The notes beneath the pieces are model-generated. The model was given only the letters and a program-made list of their open reading frames with translations. It did not search any database and was not told the DNA's origin. Positions 45,549-55,219 of a DNA stretch of 64,000 nt are shown piece after piece (positions within the stretch are counted from its first letter, which is position 1; each line of letters begins with the position of its first letter). The DNA is from an uncultured Bacteroidota bacterium (GTDB lineage Bacteria > Bacteroidota > Rhodothermia > Rhodothermales > UBA10348). The position numbers and the translations under genes were made by a program. The DNA is taken from NCBI GenBank assembly GCA_937876355.1, contig CALFHN010000177.1, positions 54 through 64,053 of the forward strand. Direction: 5' to 3'.

Positions 45549-46301
45549 CTATCGCCGACTGAACTTAAATGAGATGGTGCCCGACTGATTCTCCTGGGGT
45601 GCGTCGGCTGGAAGTGGATTAAATTGCCAACGATCAAGAACCTCCATGACGGCTCTTTCCAGAGTGGGATCTCCTTTTCTAACAGGAATACGTTGAATTA
45701 TGCGCCCTTGAGGATTGACTACAATTCTAAATTGAATAGTTGCATCTACCTGCACCGTATAAGCCGGGATCGGCGTGTTAAGGGGCGCACGATTTAAGCC
45801 TTCAATTTGATAGGGCGCGGACTTGGTTGCCTCATCTGACTCCCCTTCGTCCCCAGAAGCTTTACCCTCCGAGGCTTTAATCGAACCGCTACCCAGCGGC
45901 TTAACAATTTCCTTTTCAGGAACTGGCACTGGAGCCTCTTCTTTTACTTCCGTTTTACTTTTCTCGGGAGTAATAACTTCTGCTTTGGGTGTCTCAACAA
46001 TATCTTCGCTGACAACCTCTGCGACTTGTTTCGGCAATTCAACTGGTTTTACTACTTCTGGAGGAGCGACTGCAGCCTGCTTTACCGTTTCTTCGACTTC
46101 TTCAAATTTTTCAGGGACCTCTTGCTCGGTCTTAGGAGCCTGCTGCACAGGTCGACCTCCCGAAATTGGACCAAATTCAACTTCTAAAAACCCAAACGGT
46201 TGATTCTCAGTTGCAGCAGTGGTCATTAGAGACAACAGTAGAATAATGAGCACGTGAACGCCCAGACTTACCGACATGCCTGTCCAATCTTCCCGTTTCA
46301 T
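45549..46301 (-). CDS. TonB-family energy transducer
   Basis: An N-terminal TM anchor, a Pro/Glu/Lys/Val-rich spacer ('PPEVVKPVELPKQV...PVPVPEKEIVKP'), and a C-terminal TonB_C-like 'YTVQVDATIQFRIVVNPQGRII...RAVMEVLDRWQFNP'. Confidence 0.8.
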   Translation of the reverse strand: MKREDWTGMSVSLGVHVLIILLLSLMTTAATENQPFGFLEVEFGPISGGRPVQQAPKTEQEVPEKFEEVEETVKQAAVAPPEVVKPVELPKQVAEVVSEDIVETPKAEVITPEKSKTEVKEEAPVPVPEKEIVKPLGSGSIKASEGKASGDEGESDEATKSAPYQIEGLNRAPLNTPIPAYTVQVDATIQFRIVVNPQGRIIQRIPVRKGDPTLERAVMEVLDRWQFNPLPADAPQENQSGTISFKFSRR

Positions 46302-46309
46302 ATTGCTAC

Positions 46310-47311
46310 CTAGTTTGGATCGTTCAACCGTTGATTTACTGGATTGCTCCCACCAGAAGCCGATTTATTCCCAGAATCCCATATTTCTTTTATGACGAAG
46401 CGTGGGCGTCGTTTCACCTCATCATATACCCTGGCAACATACGTACCAACAATTCCGAGAAAGAATAATTGTATCCCTCCAAAAAAGAAGGCAGCAAAAA
46501 TGAGCGATGCCCATCCTGTAATTGCAGTCCCTAGCACGTATTTGGTGATGAGTACCCAGAACAACCCAATGATTGATCCCGTCGCAATCAGTACTCCTAA
46601 ATTGACAGCCAATTTCAGCGGCTTGGCCGAAAACGAAGTCAATCCATCGATGGCCAGTTGGAGCCTTCGACGAAATGGGTACTTGGTCTTTCCCGCCGCT
46701 CTACCTGGACGCTCGTATTCTATCCCCGTCTGGCTAAATCCTAGCCACGCGATGAGGCCCCGAACATAGGGCTGTTGCTCTTCAAACGTGTTGAAAGCTT
46801 CTATTACCGGGCGGGAAATCAATCGAAAATCTCCGGTGTCTACTGGAGCATTTATTTCGGAAAGACTCCTAAACAATCGATAAAACCAGTGAGCCGTTAG
46901 ACGTTCGGCCACGGACACTTCTGAGCGAACACTTCGGACTCCATACACCACTTCATAACCCTTCTTCCACGTGTCAATCATTTTTCCAGCGATATCCAAT
47001 GGGTCTTGCAGGTCCGCATCCAAAATGATCGCGGCGTCCGTCTGGCATCGCTTAATGCCCGCTGAAATGGCCATTTGGTGACCAAAATTGCGGGAAAAAC
47101 GAATCACTTGATATCCCGGAATGCCTTTTGTCAATCGAAATACTTCCGAAGCAGTCTTATCCGTACTGCCATCGTCCACAAAGATTACCCCAATCATCTC
47201 CGAACGCTTGCCTTTGAATACTTCCAATTCACTTATCAGAAGCGGCAGCATCTCTTCCTCATTAAACAGAGGAATTATGAGGGAAACGCTGGATTCAGTT
47301 GAAGTAGACAT
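46310..47311 (-). CDS. GT2 polyprenyl-phosphate glycosyltransferase (GtrB/ArnC/DPM1-like)
   Basis: 'SLIIPLFNEE', 'VDDGSTDKT', 'LDADLQDP', plus two C-terminal TM helices typical of GtrB/ArnC-type enzymes. ATG 47311 overlaps the upstream stop (TGATG). Confidence 0.88.
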   Translation of the reverse strand: MSTSTESSVSLIIPLFNEEEMLPLLISELEVFKGKRSEMIGVIFVDDGSTDKTASEVFRLTKGIPGYQVIRFSRNFGHQMAISAGIKRCQTDAAIILDADLQDPLDIAGKMIDTWKKGYEVVYGVRSVRSEVSVAERLTAHWFYRLFRSLSEINAPVDTGDFRLISRPVIEAFNTFEEQQPYVRGLIAWLGFSQTGIEYERPGRAAGKTKYPFRRRLQLAIDGLTSFSAKPLKLAVNLGVLIATGSIIGLFWVLITKYVLGTAITGWASLIFAAFFFGGIQLFFLGIVGTYVARVYDEVKRRPRFVIKEIWDSGNKSASGGSNPVNQRLNDPN

Positions 47312-48390
47312 CAATCGTCTTGTCCAAATCCGTATTTGATCGAGACACGATGCGAATACCCTAGGTCAGATACGATACCCGCGAAATCGCCAAATCCGTA
47401 GTCGACGGCCGCAGATCCCAGAAGGAATCCGGCGCCTATCGAAGGAGTGAGATCCAATCCCGAGTCCTTCAACTGTTGAATTCGATTAAAACCGCCTCGA
47501 AGAAACAGCTTCATATCATAATTGAGCTCCATACCTAGCCGCGGATAAATTGAAGTTTTGCCGATGGAAAAAGCATTGGACACATAATTATCAAATGCCA
47601 GATCGGTATCCAAAGCAACCAAAAGTCCACCAAATGACAGGGGAATCTCTTTGGCGAAACCAAGTCGTAACACAGGCAATACCAATTCAGTCCCGCCCTC
47701 TGGTAAATCGTCACCAAAAACATCACGAATGTTGGATAGCGATCCTGCATTAACACTCCAAGATTGAAGCATCGTTGTCGCGTCTTGAAGTGTGGCTCCC
47801 GCTCGCCACGTTTCGGCTTCAAGCTGCACTCCAAAGTCCATGGAGTAACCCCACGCGGTAGCAAAGTCGCCAATGGAGCGGTGAATAATCTTGGAGGTCG
47901 CCCCAACTGACCAGCGTTCATTCAGTTGTTTTCCGTACGAAAACATAATCGCGTAGTCGGCTGCAGAAAAAGTGGTGATAAAGTCTTCAGGATTTGATTT
48001 TGGTTGGTTCCGCTCTGAATCCCAAGCATCTAGCGTATTTTTAATGTCGTTGACGCCGCTTCGAATGAGGGTAATGCCAAAGACTGAACGTTCGGAAAAT
48101 GGCATAGCGAATCCGGCATAATCAAACGATACGACCCCTGAAAATCGTTCAGCGTGCATGTAGGATGCTTCCATTTGGGAAACTGAGCTGAGACCAGCGG
48201 GATTCCAATAACCAGCATATACATCCTCAGCTACGGATATATACGCACCTCCCATGGCAAGGGCCCGTGCCCCTACCCCACCAGCTAAAAAGTCTGCGCC
48301 ATACTTTGCAACCCGCTGAGCAGCTGCATCGGTCGCATGAATCGCCCAATAGCTTAGAATAAAAAAAACGAAAAGGCGAAAAAATCTCAT
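47311..48390 (-). CDS. PorV/PorQ-like (FadL-fold-like) outer-membrane beta-barrel
   Basis: Signal peptide, then 'GADFLAGGVGARALAMGGAYISVAEDVYAGYWNPAGLS', the hallmark N-terminal block of PorV/PorQ-family proteins. The C-terminus ends with aromatic-rich strands. Confidence 0.55.
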   Translation of the reverse strand: MRFFRLFVFFILSYWAIHATDAAAQRVAKYGADFLAGGVGARALAMGGAYISVAEDVYAGYWNPAGLSSVSQMEASYMHAERFSGVVSFDYAGFAMPFSERSVFGITLIRSGVNDIKNTLDAWDSERNQPKSNPEDFITTFSAADYAIMFSYGKQLNERWSVGATSKIIHRSIGDFATAWGYSMDFGVQLEAETWRAGATLQDATTMLQSWSVNAGSLSNIRDVFGDDLPEGGTELVLPVLRLGFAKEIPLSFGGLLVALDTDLAFDNYVSNAFSIGKTSIYPRLGMELNYDMKLFLRGGFNRIQQLKDSGLDLTPSIGAGFLLGSAAVDYGFGDFAGIVSDLGYSHRVSIKYGFGQDD

Positions 48391-48436
48391 GTTTGAGGCG
48401 TTAGATCGATGTTAGATCCAAATGCTCATTTACCGC

Positions 48437-49843
48437 TCAAGTTTCGATGGGCATCGAGATTGGTTCAACAGGATCAATGATTGGCTCGCAGGGATCGATA
48501 GTTTTTCTAAGTCTTGCTGCAAAAGCACCATCCATGCCCGTATTAAACGGCAGACTCTCGAAGTACCCATCCTCATTTTGCAATATCGCTGGAAATCCTA
48601 GAGGGAGCTGATCCAAGGAAAAACACGGATTCCGAAAGAGAAAGTTCGATATCTGGGCATGGTTTTCCTCGATATCGATAGTGCACGTACTGTACACTAA
48701 AACGCCGCCAGGCCGAACACATCGTGCCGCCGAGTCCAAAAGAGTACGTTGTAGCGCGGTCAGGTCTTCGAAGTCCGATTCCTTTCGATTCCACCTCATA
48801 TCTGCCTTTTTGGATAAGACACCAAACCCAGTACAAGGGGCGTCCAAGAGCACTTTGTCAAAGCCATTGATCCAGCTAGGAGGAGGGTTTAAGCCATCAC
48901 GGGCATCCAACGTAATATTTTCTAACCCCTGATCGAGAGCAGATCCTCGTAATAAATTCAGCCTCCGTTTGTGTATATCGGACGCGACTACCTCTCCCTT
49001 TCCATCCATGATCATGGCCATAAGCAACGACTTGCCTCCTGGGGCTGCACACATATCCAAAATGCGGTCATCTGCTTGTGGCGCAACGACTTGGACAACC
49101 ATAGCAGCCGCTTCATCTTGGACTCGAACCGAGCCGTCCTTCAAAAAGCCACCCCTTAAAAGAGGTTGCACACTTCTGATGCGCCAAAACCCAGGAATAA
49201 ACTCCGATGCATTGATTTCAACACCTGCTTCAGCTAGAACATCCATCACCTCGGCTTCTCGGCTCACGATGTGAATACCATACGTCGGGCGTTCGTTGTT
49301 ATGAATCATCAGCCGAATGGTGTCGGGCTCTCCGAAATCCTCGAGCCATCGCTTGACCATCCAGTCGGGGTGAGAGTGCTCGATTCCTAGCTGAGTAGAT
49401 TTTTGTTCGGATACCGGTTTAGGGAGCGTATCTCTTTTACGCAAAACGGAGCGTAAAAGACCGTTGGTTAATCCTGCGGCACCAATCCGAACATGGACTT
49501 TGGCGGCTTCAACAGCCTCGTGAATGGCCGCGTGATCGGGAGTTTCAGTGAAAAGAAGCTCATAAAGCCCGATTCGCAAAACCGTCCTCAATGCTTTTTC
49601 AAGGTTGCCGCTCTTCGATTTGTAAAAGCTGTCAATCAAGAAGTCCAAATATCTGTGCCAACGTGTGACGCCCGCCACCAAATCCCGCACCTGACGCTCT
49701 CTTCCCGGGTCCATGTCACTGTCTTTTCTTGAAAGACCCACAAATGATCCTCGATCTTCATTTTGCTCCAATTGCCTGGCTGCTTCAACCCGCGCTGAAG
49801 TAGAAGATGGAGGACGTTTATCACTATTTTTCGAATTGGACAC
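48437..49843 (-). CDS. rsmB: 16S rRNA (cytosine967-C5)-methyltransferase RsmB (NusB-like N-domain plus MTase)
   Basis: N-terminal NusB-like 'LRIGLYELLF', 'LDMCAAPGGKS', 'LDAPCTGFGV', 'VYSTCT'. Confidence 0.9.
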   Translation of the reverse strand: MSNSKNSDKRPPSSTSARVEAARQLEQNEDRGSFVGLSRKDSDMDPGRERQVRDLVAGVTRWHRYLDFLIDSFYKSKSGNLEKALRTVLRIGLYELLFTETPDHAAIHEAVEAAKVHVRIGAAGLTNGLLRSVLRKRDTLPKPVSEQKSTQLGIEHSHPDWMVKRWLEDFGEPDTIRLMIHNNERPTYGIHIVSREAEVMDVLAEAGVEINASEFIPGFWRIRSVQPLLRGGFLKDGSVRVQDEAAAMVVQVVAPQADDRILDMCAAPGGKSLLMAMIMDGKGEVVASDIHKRRLNLLRGSALDQGLENITLDARDGLNPPPSWINGFDKVLLDAPCTGFGVLSKKADMRWNRKESDFEDLTALQRTLLDSAARCVRPGGVLVYSTCTIDIEENHAQISNFLFRNPCFSLDQLPLGFPAILQNEDGYFESLPFNTGMDGAFAARLRKTIDPCEPIIDPVEPISMPIET

Positions 49844-49884
49844 TATTATCTATGATTGAGAGCATTTTGGCCCTGTGAAAACAA

Positions 49885-51252
49885 TTAAAACGATTTTTGT
49901 AGCATCCGAGCAGCTACAAATAATGGATCGTGCGCAGGTGCCAACGCAGGAGCGTAGACATAGTCAATGTTATATAAATCTTCGACGGTTCCTTTTGCAC
50001 GAAGCACGGCTGTCAAGACGTTTACCCGCGAAGCTGATGTGGGTCCCCCAACAATTTGACCGCCCACAATACGACGTGAGCTCCGTTCTGCAACAAGCGT
50101 AATATGAACGGGACTATTTGCAGCCATCGCAGAAGCCGTTCGGCTCTGAATCGAGGCAGTAACCACATCCTTTCCAAGTTTCAAGGACTCAGATTGATTC
50201 CAACCAGTGTGAGCTATTTCCAAATTGCCTAGTCCGATTGCTGCCGCATGTACAAGTGGCGATATCACCGAGGCCCGTCCATGTCCACCTCTGGCCGCGT
50301 TGCGTCCCGCAACGCGGCCAGAACGAAACGCATTGAGAGATAGAGGAGCCCTTATGGAGGCATTAAATATCAATTCATTTCTTTCGGTACAGTCTCCGCA
50401 GGCCCAAATGCCCTGGGCTGATGTTCGCATTTGGTCGTCCACTAAAATTCCACCAAACGAGCCCAACTTCAACCCAGCATTCACCCCTAATTCGGTTTGC
50501 GGGACCGTTCCAGCGGCTATCAACACAAAATCACAACCTATTTTTTCTCCTTCTTGCGTTAAAACGGCAATGATCCGACCGTCCCCTGCTTTTTCGATAC
50601 CTGAAGCCCGTTCCTTCCTTAACTGAATCCCTGCGTCTTGAAGATGCGCTTTCACGATCTGGCCTAAGGGTGCATCCAAAGCGGAAGACAATATTCCAGA
50701 GGGTGACAAGATCGTCACCCTAATCCCCCGGGCATTTAAAGCCCAGGCTGCATCAAGTCCTACATAACCGGCGCCAACCACAACAGCATGTCTAATTTCC
50801 CGGCGTTTGATAACTTCAGAAATCGAGCGCACATGGTCTAAAGAGCGCAACACGAAAACATCTTTAGTGGAGGCCTCCAACGAAGATGGAATAATCGCTT
50901 TAGCTCCTGTTGCCAATATCAAGCGGTCATAGTTAAGCGTGAAACGTGTTTGCGTTTTCAGGCTCCGAACAGAAATTTTCCTCGCCGTAACATCAATTGA
51001 TTCCACCTCTGAATAAATTCGGACGTCTGTGTTAAACTTGGCCGCGAATGCTTCCGGGGTATGCCTAACGAGACGCTCGACACGATCAATTAGTCCTGAG
51101 ATCAAAAACGGCATTTCGCACGCTGAATACGAAATATCCGGTCCCTTTTCGAGTAATGTGATAACGGCATCGGGATCGGTTCGGCGGGCTTCAGCAATTG
51201 CCGCTGGACCAGATGCTACCCCTCCGACTACTACGATGTGGGGCTTTTTCAT
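49885..51252 (-). CDS. CoA-disulfide reductase / NADH oxidase-family FAD-dependent pyridine nucleotide-disulfide oxidoreductase
   Basis: 'IVVVGGVASGPAA' (FAD GxGxxG), a single redox Cys in 'ISYSACEMPF', a second Rossmann 'AVVVGAGYVGLD', and 'WACGDC'. Confidence 0.8.
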   Translation of the reverse strand: MKKPHIVVVGGVASGPAAIAEARRTDPDAVITLLEKGPDISYSACEMPFLISGLIDRVERLVRHTPEAFAAKFNTDVRIYSEVESIDVTARKISVRSLKTQTRFTLNYDRLILATGAKAIIPSSLEASTKDVFVLRSLDHVRSISEVIKRREIRHAVVVGAGYVGLDAAWALNARGIRVTILSPSGILSSALDAPLGQIVKAHLQDAGIQLRKERASGIEKAGDGRIIAVLTQEGEKIGCDFVLIAAGTVPQTELGVNAGLKLGSFGGILVDDQMRTSAQGIWACGDCTERNELIFNASIRAPLSLNAFRSGRVAGRNAARGGHGRASVISPLVHAAAIGLGNLEIAHTGWNQSESLKLGKDVVTASIQSRTASAMAANSPVHITLVAERSSRRIVGGQIVGGPTSASRVNVLTAVLRAKGTVEDLYNIDYVYAPALAPAHDPLFVAARMLQKSF

Positions 51253-52271
51253 CCTTTATCCCCAAGCAGAGGGTCAGTTGATGGCTCGGGGAATCGGTTT
51301 TTGTGCGCTTCAGAATGCAAATCAGGTTCCAAGTGGGCCGTAACAATCACCGAATCGCCAATAAAAAGCTGATGAATGGCATCTTCAACACCGTGGCTTT
51401 TGTCATGAGCACGTTGAATGCTATCCTCGATAGGAAAAGTCATATGATATTCGATGTAAACCTGATTGCTAATCCGGCGATGACGAAGCTGATGGTAACC
51501 TCGTATGACCCCAGTTTCAACTGCATCGTTCAATAGAGCTATGATCTGAGCGGTTTCTTCTGGGTTCGCAGCCTCCATCAACCCCGAAACGGCGTTTTTA
51601 ATCAACGACTTAGAAGTCCATAAGATATTCAGTCCAAGGAAAATGGCGAGAACCGGATCTAGCCAAACCTTGCCAGTCAACCAAACAAGAAAAAGTCCGA
51701 CAATGACCCCAAAACTGGTCCACATATCGGTAAAGACATGATACCCGTTTGCTATGAGAATAAAACTATTGTGTTTTTTACCCGTGTGAACAAGTGCCCA
51801 ACCAAGGAAAAGGTTCACTACGGCAAGTGCAGCAGTAATCCACAAGCCTGCGCCAATGCTGTGAATCTCTGGACCTCGGATTAAACTCGCAACCGCACTG
51901 TATATAATGGCCAATGCTGCAATCAAGATCAATCCCCCTTCAAACCCGGATGAGAAATAAGCTATTTTTCCGTGGCCGTATGGGTGTTTTTCGTCGGGAG
52001 GTTGGGTCGAGTACCACAAACTGAAGGCGGCGAATCCGGTAGCTGCTAAGTGAATTACCGATTCTAGAGCGTCAGAGAGGATTGCCGAGGAACCAGTAAT
52101 AAAATATGCATATAGCTTCCCCCCTAACATCAAAAATGAAATCATCAAGCTGGCCAGCATCACGGGCCTTTGATAGTCAGTCTCTGTAGGATGCACATGC
52201 ATGGTTTGTCGGCGTTTATTCCAAATTTGAACGGAATAGTGAAAGGTACTGTTGACGAACGATGACTGCAT
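51249..52271 (-). CDS. Cation diffusion facilitator (CDF) family metal efflux transporter
   Basis: Six TM segments, 'SAILSDALESVIHL', 'HVFTDMWTS' (HxxxD), and a C-terminal cytoplasmic domain. The likely true start is the Met at 52202 ('MHVHPTE...'). ATGA overlap with the downstream CoADR gene. Confidence 0.85.
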   Translation of the reverse strand: MQSSFVNSTFHYSVQIWNKRRQTMHVHPTETDYQRPVMLASLMISFLMLGGKLYAYFITGSSAILSDALESVIHLAATGFAAFSLWYSTQPPDEKHPYGHGKIAYFSSGFEGGLILIAALAIIYSAVASLIRGPEIHSIGAGLWITAALAVVNLFLGWALVHTGKKHNSFILIANGYHVFTDMWTSFGVIVGLFLVWLTGKVWLDPVLAIFLGLNILWTSKSLIKNAVSGLMEAANPEETAQIIALLNDAVETGVIRGYHQLRHRRISNQVYIEYHMTFPIEDSIQRAHDKSHGVEDAIHQLFIGDSVIVTAHLEPDLHSEAHKNRFPEPSTDPLLGDKG

Positions 52272-52324
52272 CCCTAAACTCTGTGAATGTTGAATTCCAT
52301 TGTCATATCAGGTCTTGAGCCCTC

Positions 52325-52732
52325 ATGAAATTAGAACATATTGGAATTGCGGTATCTGACGTCAAGGCTGCTCGAGACTTATTTCTTCTCGTTTTCGGGG
52401 CTAGCCCCTATAAAACGGAAGACGTAATCTCCGAAGGGGTAAGAACCTATTTCTATGATGCGGGAAGTGTGAAACTTGAATTATTAGAGTCTATCTCTCC
52501 CGATTCGGCCATTGAACGGTTTATTCAAAAACATGGCCCCGGTCTTCATCATTTGGCGTTTGCGGTCGATGATGCCGCCTCAGATTATGAGCGGCTTGGA
52601 GCGCTTGGTCTACAGGTACTCGGTGACGCTCCAAAGCCGGGAGCAGATGGCAAAATAATATTTTTCGTTCACCCGAAGGACACACTGGGCGTGCTAATGG
52701 AATTTTGCGGAGACCAGCTGCCTAATTTTTAA
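52325..52732 (+). CDS. mce: Methylmalonyl-CoA epimerase (VOC superfamily)
   Basis: 'MKLEHIGIAV', 'KLELLES', 'FIQKHGPGLHHLAFAVDD', 'FFVHPKDTLGVLMEF'. Confidence 0.88.
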   Translation: MKLEHIGIAVSDVKAARDLFLLVFGASPYKTEDVISEGVRTYFYDAGSVKLELLESISPDSAIERFIQKHGPGLHHLAFAVDDAASDYERLGALGLQVLGDAPKPGADGKIIFFVHPKDTLGVLMEFCGDQLPNF

Positions 52733-54008
52733 CTCGAGGTAGTCGACGGCCAAAGTGTGCCTTGAGCTGTGCATCCAGAATTCCCTTGTCGTATCCCATG
52801 GGAAAGGTGGCGATCCCTCGGAGGCCGTTTTCCTGTACAAAAGTGTATTTGGTCCGCAAAGATGTCTCATCTTCGAACCAACCTTGCCAATATCCTGAAG
52901 AATCAGAAAAAATGTAATACGGACTTCCAGACACAGAATCCCTAGAAGCTCCAAATTCTGTAACTCTCTCATCAATCGAGATTTGATACTGGGGAAGGAT
53001 TAATGAATCGATCAATGCATATGTAATGATTCGAGCCTCCCCGCGCGTTGCTGCGCCAGGTTTTGAAGTCTCTACTGGCCATTCATAGCCGTAATATGGG
53101 ACAGTCATGATTATGCGATCCGAAGAAATTCCAGCCTTTTTATACCGAATGAGGACGTCTTCCCAATTTGCGCCATTCCACCCTTTTAATGTAGCGACGG
53201 GTCCAGCAGAGGGTCCTGTTTGCCAATGCAGATCGTACCCTTGTACCATAATTTGGCTATAGCCGTCATGAATCCGCTCTAAGTCATAGAGCCCATCATA
53301 ATCAAAAGCAGGTGCGAACATCGATAACGTAGCTTCCGGCCATTCTTGAGCCATGCGAATGGCCAGGCTGTCAGTAAAATGATAAAATCCGTCACGAACG
53401 CTATCTACCACCGCTTCAAACAATTCGATGTCTAGGTGAACTCCCGCTCCTCGACTTTCTTCGACCAGCATTAAAGCCGTTTCAATTAAATTATTAACCG
53501 CTTCTTTTGAGCTAAAAAGTGTTTTGATCGAGTCGGCCTCCATTAAAGCAAGTGCTGGAACGACAGGAATACCCAAACTATCTGAGCGCCCCAAAAAGCT
53601 AACCCAAGCGTGTGGCCATCCGTTTCTGGTTTGGATACGTCCGTCGGAGCCGGGCCTCGTCGTAAAAAACACGATCCGATCGTAAACTTCTAAATCGAGG
53701 TCCATCCAAGCTCCCTTCATCCACCAAGCGTAATACCCCACCAAGGTCTCCTTCCTAACAGGACCATCAACCTCATTTACGTCCGTGATGGTCGCTTTTA
53801 CCTCATTGTCTCCCCCTTGAACCCGGTCTGTGTCGGTTGGCGATTCAGCGTGTACTGGTTGTGAGTCGCCGTCGGCCTGAGGTACCACCGTTGAAGACGC
53901 CGAACACCCCATACCTAGGACTATCAAAAAAGCCCACAAAGTGTGTTTACAACGAGATGAGGAATAGCCCTCTTTGCTTAGTCTAAGACCGGTCAAAATG
54001 GCCCGCAT
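52722..54008 (-). CDS. GH18-family glycoside hydrolase-like lipoprotein (YaaH/chitinase-like)
   Basis: Lipobox-like 'VLGMGC'. 'VGYYAWW', 'GAGVHLDIELFE' (the DxE part of DxxDxDxE), 'IMVQGYDLHWQTGPSAGPVA', 'MTVPYYGYEW'. The start was chosen at the internal Met; the track ORF begins at 54080. Confidence 0.65.
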   Translation of the reverse strand: MRAILTGLRLSKEGYSSSRCKHTLWAFLIVLGMGCSASSTVVPQADGDSQPVHAESPTDTDRVQGGDNEVKATITDVNEVDGPVRKETLVGYYAWWMKGAWMDLDLEVYDRIVFFTTRPGSDGRIQTRNGWPHAWVSFLGRSDSLGIPVVPALALMEADSIKTLFSSKEAVNNLIETALMLVEESRGAGVHLDIELFEAVVDSVRDGFYHFTDSLAIRMAQEWPEATLSMFAPAFDYDGLYDLERIHDGYSQIMVQGYDLHWQTGPSAGPVATLKGWNGANWEDVLIRYKKAGISSDRIIMTVPYYGYEWPVETSKPGAATRGEARIITYALIDSLILPQYQISIDERVTEFGASRDSVSGSPYYIFSDSSGYWQGWFEDETSLRTKYTFVQENGLRGIATFPMGYDKGILDAQLKAHFGRRLPRVKN

Positions 54009-54234
54009 TGAAATGTGACAAATAGAAAACGTACGCAGCTCTATTTTCGTCCGAAATCCTAGAAAATTAAGTGTGTCCAATGCCTGTTCGAGCGGTCAAA
54101 TCCGGACTTGTGGGAATCCAATCGGTCAAGACGAGCATTGTGGTGTCAGGAAACCGTTCCACTTTTACACATCATGACTCTTTTGGATACGATAGATTCG
54201 TATCATACGGGCTCATCAATCGAGCAATATTCAT

Positions 54235-55218
54235 ATGCTAAATTACGTCTGGGCCGGCTTGATCATCCTCAGTTTCGTTTTTGGGATCGCGTACGATGTT
54301 CGGGACCTTTCGAAAGACACGTATCGAAATGGGGCCGCATTTGACATTTCTCTTTCGACCGAGGGGGCTTTCGATGAAGCTATGCGTCGACAAAACGTCA
54401 CGGTGCACGTTAGTCCAAATTATTACAAATCTGTTTACTCTAGCCTGGGCGCACCAGACTCGGTCTTTACAGGGGTCATCATTCGAAGTGCTGATGGCAT
54501 TCAATTGCGATTTGCCGAAGGAGCAGCCCTTCCCGAACCCTGGTCCACCATTCGACACGAAACGTCCCAGCGCGACAATGACATGCGCGGCACGATGGTG
54601 TTCAGGGATAAAACGGCCAACTCTGCCACAGCTTCAGTCACCTTTGGGGCCGTTCGTTTCGTAAAAATGCACGCGATTGCTGCTGGCGCAATCAGCATGG
54701 CCGAAACAGCAGTTTCTTTGGCTTTGGGATTAATTGGCGTTATCGCACTTTGGATGGGATTATTAAAAATTGCAGAAGCCTCGGGCCTAATCCACTCTGT
54801 TGTTCGTTTCACCCAGCCTGTTTTTAGACCTTTATTTCCGGAAATTCCAAAAGATCACCCTGCTCTTGGATTAATTGTTCTAAATCTGACAGCCAACATG
54901 TTGGGACTTGGAAATGCGGCAACTCCGCTAGGTATCAAGGCCATGGAGGAGTTACAAACGTTAAATCCAGATCCTGATACCGCGACGAATTCGATGGTCA
55001 TGTTGCTCGCCATGAACACCGCTTCTGTGCAACTGGTACCGCCCGTTATTTTAGTTGCCCTAATGGGATTACAAATAAACGAATTGATATTTGCGATCTT
55101 GATCGTAACCAGTATTTCTCTCGTGGTCGCAGTGACTTCTGCTCGTTTGTTAAGCAAATTGAAGAGATACCGAACTGCGCCTGTCGACTCCGCATCCCAA
55201 TCAATTTCAACCAGTTGA
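54235..55218 (+). CDS. Nucleoside-recognition-domain membrane protein, SpmA-like, with a large insertion after TM1
   Basis: 'LWMGLLKIAEASGL', 'LFPEIPKDHPALGLIVLNLTANMLGLGNAATPLGIKAMEEL' closely parallel SpmA. An extra soluble segment of about 120 aa lies between TM1 and these blocks. Confidence 0.75.
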   Translation: MLNYVWAGLIILSFVFGIAYDVRDLSKDTYRNGAAFDISLSTEGAFDEAMRRQNVTVHVSPNYYKSVYSSLGAPDSVFTGVIIRSADGIQLRFAEGAALPEPWSTIRHETSQRDNDMRGTMVFRDKTANSATASVTFGAVRFVKMHAIAAGAISMAETAVSLALGLIGVIALWMGLLKIAEASGLIHSVVRFTQPVFRPLFPEIPKDHPALGLIVLNLTANMLGLGNAATPLGIKAMEELQTLNPDPDTATNSMVMLLAMNTASVQLVPPVILVALMGLQINELIFAILIVTSISLVVAVTSARLLSKLKRYRTAPVDSASQSISTS

Positions 55219-55219
55219 G

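Noticed and set aside
45823-46203. 126-aa Ser/Thr/Gly-rich plus-strand ORF
   Set aside because: It is the mirror image of the Pro/Glu/Lys/Val-rich TonB spacer. The low complexity comes from the complementary strand, not from a separate gene.
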